Shown here: piece after piece, positions 9,781-21,130 of the stretch
Layout of the letters: each line of letters begins with the position of its first letter
Position numbering within the stretch: position 1 is the first letter of the stretch
IMG/VR virus record: IMGVR_UViG_3300017745_000006
Location: 1-59,296 of that record
Origin: a virus
Taxonomy: Duplodnaviria; Caudoviricetes
DNA: 59,296 bases
Direction: 5' to 3' (one strand)
Position numbers and translations under genes: made by a program
The notes under the pieces: generated by a model
Databases searched by the model: none
What the model was told of the DNA's origin: nothing
The model's input: the letters and a program-made list of their open reading frames with translations, nothing else

Positions 9781-12700
9781 ATGGCAAATAAAAGAACCAT
9801 TATAGGAAAAACGGCGCCTGTGCCCCTAGGTCAACAAAAGTCCGTTAACTCTTTACCCGTAGTTTTCGCAGAAGATCAACCTGCGATTCCTGTAGAAGAG
9901 CAAAATAAAATTCAATCAGAAGTTGCTTTATCGCTCTTAGGCATTCCTAGAGCTGAAGTCGCACTGGGCATTTTTGCAGACGTTAATACTTATGACATCA
10001 ACCCTTCTGAGTGGTCTCAGTTTCCTATTGAAAATGCACTTGATTCTAGCAAAGTCACCACTACTGGGTTAAACCATCTTAAAGAAGAAGCCGGTGCTGA
10101 ACTAGTAGCTGCCACAGGCAAAACCACCATTCTTACCTCTAAGAGATTCTTCCGTTATCAGCCTGGTCGCGTATCTTCTTCCACCATGGGTGTGAAGATG
10201 AACTTGACCGCCAATACTCAAGAATTATCAGAGAAAGATGATGCTGTTAGTATTGCAAGGTCCGCTAAGATGAAAGGCGCTCCTTCTATTAAGAAGTGGG
10301 GTATTTTTGATAAGTTTGATGGGTATTATTTTGAAGTAGCTAATGGTGGCCAAGAAAATGACTTTAGATGCGTAAGAAGAACCCAGGCTCTTTCTTACGA
10401 CGAACCGGCGGGAGTTGATAGCACAAGCGACGCTTGGAACGCGGTTGCACCTGGCCTAGAAGACGGAAAAGAATGCAATATAAAAAGCGGTAACTGGGGA
10501 GTATTTGGCGAAGATCCAGTGATTTTTAGAAACGGACTTTGTTACATTTCTGCGGCGATCAACGATCCTTCTCTTGTGTATAGCCCTGCAAACGTAAAGG
10601 CTATACAAGACGGAGAGGACGTAAACGACTATGAATATGACGAACGTTTTGCTCTTAGATTGGCTTATAGGGACGGGTCAAGTATTGTAGAGCACATGAG
10701 TGGTAGACATTATCAGTTCCCGTTTGACCAAAAAGAAATTGATAAGTCTTCTTCGGAGTACATCGGATGGGAAACCGCCGAAAACGGAGGGACTTCAAGA
10801 TTTTTAAAACCTGTTGGAGTTGCAAACGGTACCGATTACATCAGGTTGGATGCCCATTGCAAATGGCAAGACATTTTAACAAACCTTAGCAGAGGAGGGG
10901 ACTCAGGCTCCGGTGCCGGAAAGTCAGACGACTTTACCGCGGAGCTAAAGATCAAGAACTTCGGTGATATAACCAGAGTTATATACGAGGATACCGAGGC
11001 TCAGATTGAATCTAGTAATGCTAGATGGGGCATGGATCCTAAGCCCAGCCCGGATTTTAGCTCTTCAAAAGTCTGGAATTTATTAGTAACTACACAGGGC
11101 GGAGAGTATCCCTCTACAGCAGACTTTACTGGTCTTGCAGGAAACCATAGAGCCACTGGTTTTGGGTACGATGGATCCGACACAACTGCTTCTAACATAG
11201 GACAATATAACTTAACTCTAAAAGAATGGTTTAAATGCTGTGTACCTAAAGAGTACCGCAAAGTATACGAGTGGAGACCCGTTAGAGCAATGTTCTCTGG
11301 TGACCAACTAAACGGCTCTAGTGATAACGTAACTCGTTGGAGTGATGTTTCAACTGCTAACGTTGATCCTACTTTAATTGGTACTAAGAGACCCGGAGAT
11401 CCAGTTGAGCTAGATGGAGACAATCTTAAGTCTAAGTCAGAGTACAATGTAGATTTCTCCAAAGTAACCATGTGGAAGGTAGATTTCTCTTGGTACGGAG
11501 CTGTTGGTGCTTTATTCTTATGCTATGTACCAGTTGGTAACGGAGAGGCCAGATGGGTGAGAGTTCACCACATGCGCGCATCAAACCAATTAGACGTTGC
11601 TTCTCTAGGTAATGCTACTTTGCCCATCACTTACCTCACCCACGGAGGTTTGGAAAACGGTTTAAGTAATGGCAATAGGCTCGTTAAGTACGGCGCTTCT
11701 TATTATATTGATGGTGGGGACAAAGGAACCGTAAAGCTATTATCTAAATCTACTGATTATCCTAAGCCTGTTACTTTCGGACAGTTTGTTGGGACTGTAG
11801 TGGCAACTCCAACCGTAAACTCTATTACAGTAGATCTTGGAAGTGCTGCACCAGCTCAAAGAGAAAGAGACCAATTTATTGGATCGTACTTAAAGTCCGA
11901 TACAACAAAACAGGTAATTTGGGCGAAGTTGGATACTAGTAATACTGTGGAGTTATTCTTTAATGCAGAGCACGGTTTGTCAAGTTCAGACGTTTTCTCG
12001 TTGATTGTTCCTAGAAAGCAAAGAGCTCAGTTAGCCTTAAGGGCAAAAGATAACGTTGTTAATACTACGGGAGATTCTATAAGGAACAGAATTCAGCTTT
12101 ATCCTTTAAAGTACGGAGTTGGACTAACCGATAATAGTCCTGATTACGAAAACATTGTTTCTCTTAACTTTATTAAAAATCCGCTTTTAATCACTAACAA
12201 CTTAGCAAATGGTAATCTAGGTAATGATTCCACATATTATGGAGGCTTGAACGTAAAAATATTTACTGATAATACTAACGCCACTTCAAAAGATAAAGGC
12301 CTAGAAATGGGTAGCGGAACGGTTCCTGTGGAAATAGTAGACACAACTAACGTAGATGATATCGGAGACTTTAATACCTTACTAGGAGCTAATGGTAAAT
12401 ACTTCTATGCCTACGCTAGAGGATTAATTACAACAGAGGTTCCAACCAGCGGCTTCCCAGGCGAAGCCAGTATATCGGTTCAAGAGTTTCCGGCCCTTGT
12501 AAGAGTGTATAAAGACTCAGTGGAGAATAAATTTTATATACAAAATTACGAGTCGTATGCCAACAATATTTCTATTCAAGGTCCGCTAATGTTTGTTAAC
12601 ATGTACGAATACAGCACCACCGGCGAACTCACAAGATTTGCAGGAGAGATAGGAGCCGGTACAACCAAGCATAATAAATTTGAAAACCAAAGAAAGTGGG

Positions 12701-13020
12701 ATACAGCGGAAGTAGGAACTTGGGAATCTATAGCGGCTCTATCGGGTGCAAAGGTCTCTCAGGACTTTAAATTAGCTCCTGTCGCAAATACGGGATCGAA
12801 CGTCTTCTCTATCTACGCAAATAAGGGAGGTAGCTCTTATGACCTTTCTGATTATTTTGCATATAACAAAGAATATATTTCTTTCCCTCTTACAAACGAA
12901 GTTGATCTCTTAGGAGTTTATGCAAATTGGGAATCAACGAGTAAATCCATTAGTGCTCCAGGTGATGTCCCGACTAGTACCATAGAAATTGTGAACTCTT
13001 TAACCTGGGAGGAGCAGTGA
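9781..13020 (+). CDS. Large virion structural protein (paralog A)
   Basis: 1079 aa; FRYQPGR, WYGAVGA, YGASYYIDG.DKGT and terminal LTWEEQ motifs shared with the next gene. Confidence 0.8.
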   Translation: MANKRTIIGKTAPVPLGQQKSVNSLPVVFAEDQPAIPVEEQNKIQSEVALSLLGIPRAEVALGIFADVNTYDINPSEWSQFPIENALDSSKVTTTGLNHLKEEAGAELVAATGKTTILTSKRFFRYQPGRVSSSTMGVKMNLTANTQELSEKDDAVSIARSAKMKGAPSIKKWGIFDKFDGYYFEVANGGQENDFRCVRRTQALSYDEPAGVDSTSDAWNAVAPGLEDGKECNIKSGNWGVFGEDPVIFRNGLCYISAAINDPSLVYSPANVKAIQDGEDVNDYEYDERFALRLAYRDGSSIVEHMSGRHYQFPFDQKEIDKSSSEYIGWETAENGGTSRFLKPVGVANGTDYIRLDAHCKWQDILTNLSRGGDSGSGAGKSDDFTAELKIKNFGDITRVIYEDTEAQIESSNARWGMDPKPSPDFSSSKVWNLLVTTQGGEYPSTADFTGLAGNHRATGFGYDGSDTTASNIGQYNLTLKEWFKCCVPKEYRKVYEWRPVRAMFSGDQLNGSSDNVTRWSDVSTANVDPTLIGTKRPGDPVELDGDNLKSKSEYNVDFSKVTMWKVDFSWYGAVGALFLCYVPVGNGEARWVRVHHMRASNQLDVASLGNATLPITYLTHGGLENGLSNGNRLVKYGASYYIDGGDKGTVKLLSKSTDYPKPVTFGQFVGTVVATPTVNSITVDLGSAAPAQRERDQFIGSYLKSDTTKQVIWAKLDTSNTVELFFNAEHGLSSSDVFSLIVPRKQRAQLALRAKDNVVNTTGDSIRNRIQLYPLKYGVGLTDNSPDYENIVSLNFIKNPLLITNNLANGNLGNDSTYYGGLNVKIFTDNTNATSKDKGLEMGSGTVPVEIVDTTNVDDIGDFNTLLGANGKYFYAYARGLITTEVPTSGFPGEASISVQEFPALVRVYKDSVENKFYIQNYESYANNISIQGPLMFVNMYEYSTTGELTRFAGEIGAGTTKHNKFENQRKWDTAEVGTWESIAALSGAKVSQDFKLAPVANTGSNVFSIYANKGGSSYDLSDYFAYNKEYISFPLTNEVDLLGVYANWESTSKSISAPGDVPTSTIEIVNSLTWEEQ

Positions 13021-13021
13021 T

Positions 13022-16000
13022 ATGCCCGGTCCATCAGAAAGACCCGAAATTCAGCAGGCAAGACCTGCTGCTCAAGCAAGATCTTTTAGTGCCGATGACG
13101 TAGAGTACGTCTCTGGTTCTTCTATAAGGGCAGAAGAGACAACTCCTAGGAAGTCTAAGTCTACAAAGCGAATGGTAGACTTCAAGGGCTTCCCTTTGTC
13201 TACCGAAGAAGGAAACCCCCTATCTACAGATAAGCAAGTATATCCAAAGTACGAGTACGGCGCCGATCAGGCTCCGTCTGTTGTCTTAAATTCAGAAAAC
13301 TATCTTAAAGAAGGAAGATCAACACAAAATAAATTTAGTAAAAAGAACCCAGCAGCACTGCCTATCGAAGAGCAATTTCAAGATACGTCTGAAGTTGCAA
13401 GGTCGTTATTAGGCATAAACAGAGAGACTACTCAGCAAGGCCTATTTGGCAACGTTAGTACGTACGGACTAGACGAAAAAGATTGGATGGTTAGCGGAAC
13501 GGCAGAAGAAAGACCGTTTTATTGGTATAGCCGGCCTTCTTCTTCTGGGAACTATTTTATAAACAGGTTTACTGAAGATACCGAAAACTCAGCCCTGGCA
13601 ATCAATAGCATGCCTAGCCCTTTCACACCCCCCGGCAAGCCTGATTTACAGTCTCAGCTTATTAACCCCGGAGAGGCCGTGATTACGGGCTGGGGGCAAT
13701 ATTTAAACTCCATAGTAGCTTTGTACTTGATGAAGTACATGGTAGAAGAGTTTACTCCTGCCCAACGCACAGAATATAACCTAGATTTTTTACTTTCAAA
13801 GTATCCTCTTAAGATAGCCACAGACGGCACAGTAAGTTTTGATGAGCTTTATTGGGATAAAATTTGGTTGGATATCGAGCAAAATAGATTCGGTGCAGAA
13901 GAAAACTATCCTCTGCTCCCCGTAGGAACCGCATACAATTTTATTGAACCTGCTGATGGAGCACCCACCCTTGTGTTACCGATAGGAAACGGAGTCGGTG
14001 CCGCGGACCTTTGGGCGGAACCTGGCCAAGAAGCCAATGTACTTATATCAGCAGCGGCGGCGTCTCTTCCTGCGTTGATCAATGTGCAATGGGACAGATT
14101 TTTCTTTAATACTAGAGTTTACTATCCTCAAGGAGATGATGATAACTATGGCCACTATAGACTTCAAACAAACCCTTCACGAGAGCTCTGGGAAGAGTAC
14201 TTTGGGCTTAATTGGGACTACGTAAGAACCGATTTAAAAAACTGGAAGTTTACGATTCATAAAGATGCTTCTACAGTAACTCAGGTAGAAAAGGACTTAA
14301 AGCTTCCGTACTTTGTACTATCTAGCAATACGAAAGCCGACTCAAATAACATATTTAGTACGACCTGGCCGCAGGCTTTGATTGCAAGTACAACTAGGCT
14401 CCCGACGTCTAAGAACAAAATCGGTGGTAGACCGGGAATAAGATCTCAGATTAGTATCTCTTCGGTAAGGTCTTTTAGATACCAGCCGGGCAGAATTAGT
14501 GGATTTACTTACGGATCCAAAGCCTCTGAGATAGGAGCGGGCCCTGGAACAACTATCGAGTGGGGAGTTGAAAATGACACAGACGGGTATTTCTTTAGGC
14601 TGGCAGATGGCGCCGATTTCCAGATAATAAGAAGGTCTATAATTCCATTAGATGAGACTCAATTTTTGGAAGATGCCGGGTACTTAGGCAACGCTACTAA
14701 AGTAGTTACTCGCAATGGATACAAACAATATGAGACTATAATAGAACAAAAGAATATGAACGGCGACCCTCTTAACGGCGAGGGCAAAAGTGGTTATATA
14801 CTTGATCCTGATACAGTTACCATGTATAAGATTGAGTTTGGTTGGTACGGTGCTATTGGAGCCAGATTCTATGGCTACATTCCTCAAGAAAACGGGGAGT
14901 GCAGATGGGTAGCTTTACATACCTTGGTAATTGAAAACCAATTAGGCGCGCCGTGCTTAGGAGACCCGTTCTTCTTCTTTAAGTATAGATTAATTATTGG
15001 AGATTCCTCTAAAATCAGAGTCAATCAATTTTTATACAAATTTGGTGCTTCTTACTATATTGATGGCTACGATAAGGGTACGTTGTACTCATCAGCTGCA
15101 AAGTCTAAAGTAAGACTATTAAACGATCCAAAATTTTCTAGTGTTGCACCAATTAAGAATTACTTGAATGCTATTGACTATACTACTTTAATTGGAGTAA
15201 AACCTAAGCAATATCTATATAATAGGTTTGGCGAAGAAGTTTACAATAAAAAAGAAATTTTTCCAAAGAGCATATCTATTTTTTCTCAAGAAGATGCAGA
15301 AATAAAAATTATACGTCAAGAGGCCTGCCCAGAGTTTGCTTACACCCACCAAGAGGGCTATAAATGGGAACTACTACCAGAGACAAGGAGAATTAAAGGT
15401 TTATTTACTGTTAAGAACTGGGAAGATGAAGATGACACAGACTTAGGCATTTCTAAAGATGATGCTGCTACGCATAGCGCTACTATGGCTCAGACGGGCG
15501 TAATCGACGGGGAATGGAGAAGCCCAGCAGAGTACTTGATAAGTAGCGGAGAAAGTGACTGGAGAGGATCTTTAAATATTTCTGATGGAAGTGACGCTAA
15601 TACAGATAGCAAAAATATTGTTAGACTCGCAGGAGATCAACTATATCAGTTAACTTATGGGGAAACTGACTCTACCTCCAATAAATTTAAATTACTTAGG
15701 ATAGAAGACACAGGAGAAAGGATGCTTACTACCTCTGTAAGACCCGTGTTAGATAGGACACAAGTTTACTTACCATTTACTTACGCCCCTAGAGGCTCAT
15801 ATGTAAATGGCTACGCGGTAGAGTTTGATTATTTTAGAAGAGACCAGACTTTAATTTCCGACATTGACATTATCTCTAGCGAATTTTATTTATTTTGGGT
15901 GGGAGGAAATGCACGTGGTGTTGATGCCGATCACGACGGAACAATGAGAATCGGTTTTGCGTGGCCAAAAAACAATGCCGGAATTTTAGATAAAAGCAGA

Positions 16001-17341
16001 AAGGCTGGTGGGAAGTGGGGTATTCAAACTTATGCTGATGGGAACGTATATGGTACTACAGTGGGTACTAACAACGGGGTAGAGTATATTAACTACGACG
16101 ACGAAAAATTCTATGAAGGACTACCTGTAGATTTTGCTAACCACTTCCCCGACAATTGTCTCTGGATCGAAACAAATACTCATTTAGAGATAGACACTAA
16201 GAGCGTAGAACAAAAACATTACAATTATCACAACGATCTGTGGGATTTCGTAAACGCTGATTTAAGTGTACCAGGAGCAGAAGGTGGGAACTGCCATGGC
16301 TTAGGATTTAAAGCTGGCCGTGAAATCAGAGAAGGAATTGTTGCTAAGTACGATATAGAAAATAGCGAAGGAATCCCTAAGAGCGGTTGGTATATAAGAT
16401 CAACAGATAATTCTCCCTGGCCTAATCTAGGCAGCGGTTCGTTTAATATCACTGTTGCTAAAGACGGGGATTCTAAAGATTTTCCTGTTACTGCTTCTGT
16501 TTCTGTCTCGTCAGACGGCGGAGAAACAGAATACTTATTGTATATAGGATCTGCTGAAGAGGAAGCTGACCCGCCTGCTCCACTTGAAGAAGGAGGCTTG
16601 GTCGATGTGGTATATAGCGTAACCTACATTGCATCAATTGGTACAAAAAATCAAATTAGGGCCATATTTGTAAGCAAAGTGGGATCTGCAGACTTTGATT
16701 TTGCTAGAATGTTTGTTCAAGCAAAACAAGGCGCAAGAATGGGGGGGATGTGGATTGGCCAAAAAACAGCTCAGGGGATTGTGTTAGACCCATTTACTCC
16801 CAACGGATCGGTTGTTAATTTAAGAGACGGAGGCCAAACCGAGACAAGTGGCCAAAATCTTGTCACTAATACCCCAACAGACGGGGCGCTTAAAGTTATT
16901 ACCACAATAACCCAAGCAGACGAATATGGCCTCTCAACCGCACCTACAGAGTCAGTGGACGGTCTTGGAGTAACCAACTCTCTTAAATCTTCAGATAGTG
17001 ACAATAGTCTTAACTTAACTTTTGCACCAGAGCGGGCAAAATGCGGTAGTTTCTTATCCCAAAGAGGGACTGATCCTGCGGGCATTTTAACTCCTTCTGA
17101 CTATCCTATTAGGTACTTAACAAACAAGAATTCAGCGTTGCCATTAGGCACTTTTTACATCTCAAAAAATGAATCAGTTGAAATTTCTTTAGAAGGTATT
17201 TTTAATGTAAATGCTGAGTCGATTATCAACTCCGCCAATGCAAATCTAGCGACGATATTTATCGCTAGAAGTTTAAATACGCACAATCCAGCCGATTCTA
17301 AAAAAGAAATCTACTTGACACTTAACTACGACGAGCAATAA
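13022..17341 (+). CDS. Large virion structural protein (paralog B)
   Basis: 1439 aa; FRYQPGR, WYGAIGA, FGASYYIDG.DKGT, terminal LNYDEQ. Confidence 0.8.
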   Translation: MPGPSERPEIQQARPAAQARSFSADDVEYVSGSSIRAEETTPRKSKSTKRMVDFKGFPLSTEEGNPLSTDKQVYPKYEYGADQAPSVVLNSENYLKEGRSTQNKFSKKNPAALPIEEQFQDTSEVARSLLGINRETTQQGLFGNVSTYGLDEKDWMVSGTAEERPFYWYSRPSSSGNYFINRFTEDTENSALAINSMPSPFTPPGKPDLQSQLINPGEAVITGWGQYLNSIVALYLMKYMVEEFTPAQRTEYNLDFLLSKYPLKIATDGTVSFDELYWDKIWLDIEQNRFGAEENYPLLPVGTAYNFIEPADGAPTLVLPIGNGVGAADLWAEPGQEANVLISAAAASLPALINVQWDRFFFNTRVYYPQGDDDNYGHYRLQTNPSRELWEEYFGLNWDYVRTDLKNWKFTIHKDASTVTQVEKDLKLPYFVLSSNTKADSNNIFSTTWPQALIASTTRLPTSKNKIGGRPGIRSQISISSVRSFRYQPGRISGFTYGSKASEIGAGPGTTIEWGVENDTDGYFFRLADGADFQIIRRSIIPLDETQFLEDAGYLGNATKVVTRNGYKQYETIIEQKNMNGDPLNGEGKSGYILDPDTVTMYKIEFGWYGAIGARFYGYIPQENGECRWVALHTLVIENQLGAPCLGDPFFFFKYRLIIGDSSKIRVNQFLYKFGASYYIDGYDKGTLYSSAAKSKVRLLNDPKFSSVAPIKNYLNAIDYTTLIGVKPKQYLYNRFGEEVYNKKEIFPKSISIFSQEDAEIKIIRQEACPEFAYTHQEGYKWELLPETRRIKGLFTVKNWEDEDDTDLGISKDDAATHSATMAQTGVIDGEWRSPAEYLISSGESDWRGSLNISDGSDANTDSKNIVRLAGDQLYQLTYGETDSTSNKFKLLRIEDTGERMLTTSVRPVLDRTQVYLPFTYAPRGSYVNGYAVEFDYFRRDQTLISDIDIISSEFYLFWVGGNARGVDADHDGTMRIGFAWPKNNAGILDKSRKAGGKWGIQTYADGNVYGTTVGTNNGVEYINYDDEKFYEGLPVDFANHFPDNCLWIETNTHLEIDTKSVEQKHYNYHNDLWDFVNADLSVPGAEGGNCHGLGFKAGREIREGIVAKYDIENSEGIPKSGWYIRSTDNSPWPNLGSGSFNITVAKDGDSKDFPVTASVSVSSDGGETEYLLYIGSAEEEADPPAPLEEGGLVDVVYSVTYIASIGTKNQIRAIFVSKVGSADFDFARMFVQAKQGARMGGMWIGQKTAQGIVLDPFTPNGSVVNLRDGGQTETSGQNLVTNTPTDGALKVITTITQADEYGLSTAPTESVDGLGVTNSLKSSDSDNSLNLTFAPERAKCGSFLSQRGTDPAGILTPSDYPIRYLTNKNSALPLGTFYISKNESVEISLEGIFNVNAESIINSANANLATIFIARSLNTHNPADSKKEIYLTLNYDEQ

Positions 17342-17346
17342 AATCT

Positions 17347-20300
17347 ATGGCCAATGAATTTTACGGATTTGGACAACTTACACGTCCTGATATTGGTCTG
17401 CTTGCAGACAACGTTCAGAACCTTGCGGAAATATACACGTCAGATCAACCTGACGCTTTAAGAAATATCTCTTTAACCCCCGAAGTTCTGGACATTATTC
17501 ATGAAGTTTCAGAGACCATAGGAGCCGAAGACCTTAGAGCTACAAGTGACTTATCTACGCTACTTTTAACTACTCTTCATTTACAGTTTGAAACTCTCGA
17601 GCGCATCGAAGAAAATATATTTTATGACGGTATTTATGCAAGTACTTTAGATCGAATTGGAGTTGATTCTAGTAACACCAGTCTTACTGGCAATCAGGCC
17701 AGGGCCGAGCATAGCATTATTTTTAACGGAGCTATTCAATGCTACGGAGCAAAGTACAGAGAAAATAAAATAGACGAAGGCCAAAACTTATTTACTGCAA
17801 AAACAGTAAACTCTTTTCTTTCTACGTCTAGAGCTAGTCTATTAAGTTCAGAACTAGACGACTCAGGTCACTTTGCATCTGCCGAGTTTCCTGGATCGAT
17901 CAGAGTAAGAAAAAGATCTCATGTAAATACTATAAAAGTAAATCCTCTATCTTTCACTCCAGCTCCTGCAGTCGTAGAACAGCCATCTAAAAGAATTAGA
18001 TGTAATATTAAAAATGGAAGCACAGAGATCCCAGCTTGGCTTTTAGCAACTGCAAATTCTCCTCTTAAAATTCCTTGCGCTTTGAATAAAGGAAAGATTA
18101 TCTTCAAATTTAATACTTCCTCTGTTCAGAGCTTTTATGGCGTTCAGATACAGCCCCAAACTTCAAAACCGGGCTCTCCTCCTATTTTTCTTGCTCAGGA
18201 CCCCCAGCCGCAGAACCAAATCAAGCCGGGTAATTTTGACCTCACTCACACTGTCAATATAGATATATCAGCCACTGGATACCAAGATACATACGACTTA
18301 TATATGTATTTGTACGTGAATCCCGAGGCCGTTACAAGCATAACTTTTCAAGGCATAGAGATAAAAGACTTCTTTGACAAGAAAGATTTTGGGCTAATTG
18401 GGTTTAAAAACTTAGAAAATTTTTCTTTTTTAATAAATAATCCTGGCGGGCGCTCGAGCTCTTTTACGATCCTGCCAATTTGGCTTAAGACTTTAGATAA
18501 CAAATTAAAAACTTTCGATATTGCTAATACTGGCGACGTCTGGGCCGCTAAAAGCCAGATGAAGTGGTTTGATTACAGAAAAAATAACATTGTTTCGGCT
18601 GCTTTTGCTAACCTACCCTACTACACTATGTCGGGGTATTTGAGTATCCCTAAAAGGGGAGTTACCGTTAATATTCTTGGCGATGGCTTCAATGGCGGAG
18701 AGACTGAAAAATTTGCAAAATATATCCAGTCTGCGGTCCCCTCAGGTGCTGATATTCCTACATCAGGTGGAGCCAAAGCCAGCGGATGGTACCGAACGCC
18801 AGGAGCTGAGTTCAGAGAGTTCGATGCTATGAAAACGTTAAACTTGGGAAGTAGAGTCTATGGCTACAACGCAAGGCTCGATGATGTGTTCCCACAACTA
18901 ACTAGTTTGACGTGGACGGGGCACAAATATCGTGTTCCTTTAATTGGCACACCCCCTAAAATTTCTAACCATGGCGGGCAAATTGATGTATACAACATAT
19001 CACAAAACTCTTTTTTAAGTAGTGTGTCTATATACGATATAGGAACAGCTGCAGCAAATGCCTCTGTTGACAAAAACAGTACGGGTACTAATAGCCTGTG
19101 CCATATATCTAAGTACAATATTAAAAGTTTTAATATAAGTGGAAGAACGGGGAGACATAGCAAAATATCCGGGTGTATTGGCGGTAGACCTGGGCAAGAA
19201 ACGGCCACAAGCTCTCCTCTAACGGAAAGTGAGTGGGCGACATGGTACACTAATACAACGACAGTTAATTTGGGTCACTGCGACAACCTCGAGTTTAATT
19301 TTCAACCTGCTGCTGATCACTGGAAATTATTAACCACTTTAGGCACTAGACACACAAAAGTTTACTTTAGAGCCGCAACAGGGATCACCGCCTCACCATT
19401 TAAAATGCCTCGAGTCGGAAGCATAGACCTAGACTACGCACAAGTACAAAGTGGAGTTCTGCCTAGCATGAAGAAAAGTACAACAGGCTCAGACTTTGTA
19501 AACTTTAGAATTGAAGGAATAAAGAACTTAACTTTATTTACGGAACGTGGCGAAAGTTATCTTTTCCCACAGGACTTCGCAACAGAAGGCGGGTCTTCTG
19601 GGTACTTACTTTCTAGAATCGAAGCACATCACACAACTTCTTACGCGCCGGCACACGGGGTGAGGATGAGAAAAGGAATGTTTGATGAGTGCCCAGAGTT
19701 GAGCACTATAGTGCTCTCTGATAGTAACTTTACTGGGGAGTTTGTCAATATACCGCCAAGACCTAACACGGATGAACCTGAAGGCGAAAAAGAAATAAAC
19801 GTGTCTATTTACGAAGCAGACTTTCATAGCCTTACTAACCTTAGCATTAACGGATCTAGTGGCCACCTTGCTCGCGATTTAAAATCATTGATCGCTCACA
19901 ATCAAAATAAATCCCAGGGCGGGTGTTTATTACCGGATTATCAAGGAGCTGCTAACTCGAAAATACAAAGTGTTCATTTAAATAATAATTTGCCCACAAC
20001 CTACCCGAGTAGCTGGGAGATCGGCAGTTACGCCTCGGGTGATATTATCGAAGATAGCCACGCTTCAACTACTCTTTCGGGCATGGATTATCATAAAGTA
20101 CCTAATACAGGCGACGAGTTTTATTACTTATCTTTATCTGGTTCTTCTAATCCTAATCTTAAAAGAAAAGTGCTAGTTAACGACAAGATCGAAATAGGAG
20201 GAAAGACTGCAACAGTGATGAGCGTATATAATGATAGAGTATACGTTGACAAAGACCTTGCCCTTCCTTCTTCTGGCAATACCATTACATTTGTAAGGTC

Positions 20301-21096
20301 TACTAAAGATATCGGGACGTGGTTCCAAGAAGGATTTAGCAAGTTACAATATTTTAGGGCCGCAAATTGCAGACTTTCAGGAACATTAAATATAAGAGCA
20401 AATTTGAAGTTAAAAAACGCGCCCAGCACCAACGCTCTTGAGTTATCAACAAATAACATCGGAGGAGTTACTGAAGGTACTTGGAAGAAGATATTTAGTG
20501 GAGGAAACAGAGCTCTTACTGTAAATCTGGCTATGAATAACTTAAACGTTGATACTATAAGGGCAAGCATTCGTACTTTATACGAAATTGCGGGAACTAC
20601 TGGATGGTCGAGAGGGAAAGTGATTCTTTCTGGTAATAAAAAAGTTAATAGAAGATATCAGTCCTGGTCTCAAAACGAGCTTTTCCCCGTGGGTACAAAA
20701 AATCTCCCCGATCAAGAAATAAATCTAACAAGGCGGGAAGAAATTAAGGTCTATAGAACAGTAACAACAGTAGACGAAGACGGAAACGAAACCACAAGTA
20801 GGGTGCAAGAAGGTACAAGATTTGTTGTTGTACCTGGCAAAAAAGTTGGGACTGAATACTTTGGTAAAAAGACTTTGTCTAGGACCGGTTCGTCAGAAAA
20901 CGAGCTAGGGCTTAAATTTAGAAGGATGAGACTAGTGATAAGCTTAGGATTTACTTATAGGGTACCCCCAAGTGGATCAACAGTTACAGGAGAAACTCTT
21001 GGTGACTCTTACGGAACAGGGGACACCGGAAGACTAGCATCTGCGCAAGTAGCTCTTGGTAGTTCTTTTGCCCTCTCTGACTTTGCCGATTCTTAG
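17347..21096 (+). CDS. Large virion protein with leucine-rich-repeat-like segments
   Basis: 1249 aa; LSTIVLSDSNFTGEF, LQYFRAANCRLSGTL, LELSTNNIGG, VNLAMNNLN. Confidence 0.7.
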   Translation: MANEFYGFGQLTRPDIGLLADNVQNLAEIYTSDQPDALRNISLTPEVLDIIHEVSETIGAEDLRATSDLSTLLLTTLHLQFETLERIEENIFYDGIYASTLDRIGVDSSNTSLTGNQARAEHSIIFNGAIQCYGAKYRENKIDEGQNLFTAKTVNSFLSTSRASLLSSELDDSGHFASAEFPGSIRVRKRSHVNTIKVNPLSFTPAPAVVEQPSKRIRCNIKNGSTEIPAWLLATANSPLKIPCALNKGKIIFKFNTSSVQSFYGVQIQPQTSKPGSPPIFLAQDPQPQNQIKPGNFDLTHTVNIDISATGYQDTYDLYMYLYVNPEAVTSITFQGIEIKDFFDKKDFGLIGFKNLENFSFLINNPGGRSSSFTILPIWLKTLDNKLKTFDIANTGDVWAAKSQMKWFDYRKNNIVSAAFANLPYYTMSGYLSIPKRGVTVNILGDGFNGGETEKFAKYIQSAVPSGADIPTSGGAKASGWYRTPGAEFREFDAMKTLNLGSRVYGYNARLDDVFPQLTSLTWTGHKYRVPLIGTPPKISNHGGQIDVYNISQNSFLSSVSIYDIGTAAANASVDKNSTGTNSLCHISKYNIKSFNISGRTGRHSKISGCIGGRPGQETATSSPLTESEWATWYTNTTTVNLGHCDNLEFNFQPAADHWKLLTTLGTRHTKVYFRAATGITASPFKMPRVGSIDLDYAQVQSGVLPSMKKSTTGSDFVNFRIEGIKNLTLFTERGESYLFPQDFATEGGSSGYLLSRIEAHHTTSYAPAHGVRMRKGMFDECPELSTIVLSDSNFTGEFVNIPPRPNTDEPEGEKEINVSIYEADFHSLTNLSINGSSGHLARDLKSLIAHNQNKSQGGCLLPDYQGAANSKIQSVHLNNNLPTTYPSSWEIGSYASGDIIEDSHASTTLSGMDYHKVPNTGDEFYYLSLSGSSNPNLKRKVLVNDKIEIGGKTATVMSVYNDRVYVDKDLALPSSGNTITFVRSTKDIGTWFQEGFSKLQYFRAANCRLSGTLNIRANLKLKNAPSTNALELSTNNIGGVTEGTWKKIFSGGNRALTVNLAMNNLNVDTIRASIRTLYEIAGTTGWSRGKVILSGNKKVNRRYQSWSQNELFPVGTKNLPDQEINLTRREEIKVYRTVTTVDEDGNETTSRVQEGTRFVVVPGKKVGTEYFGKKTLSRTGSSENELGLKFRRMRLVISLGFTYRVPPSGSTVTGETLGDSYGTGDTGRLASAQVALGSSFALSDFADS

Positions 21097-21130
21097 TTGA
21101 TTTAAAGTTATTATAGTATAGCATGTAATT

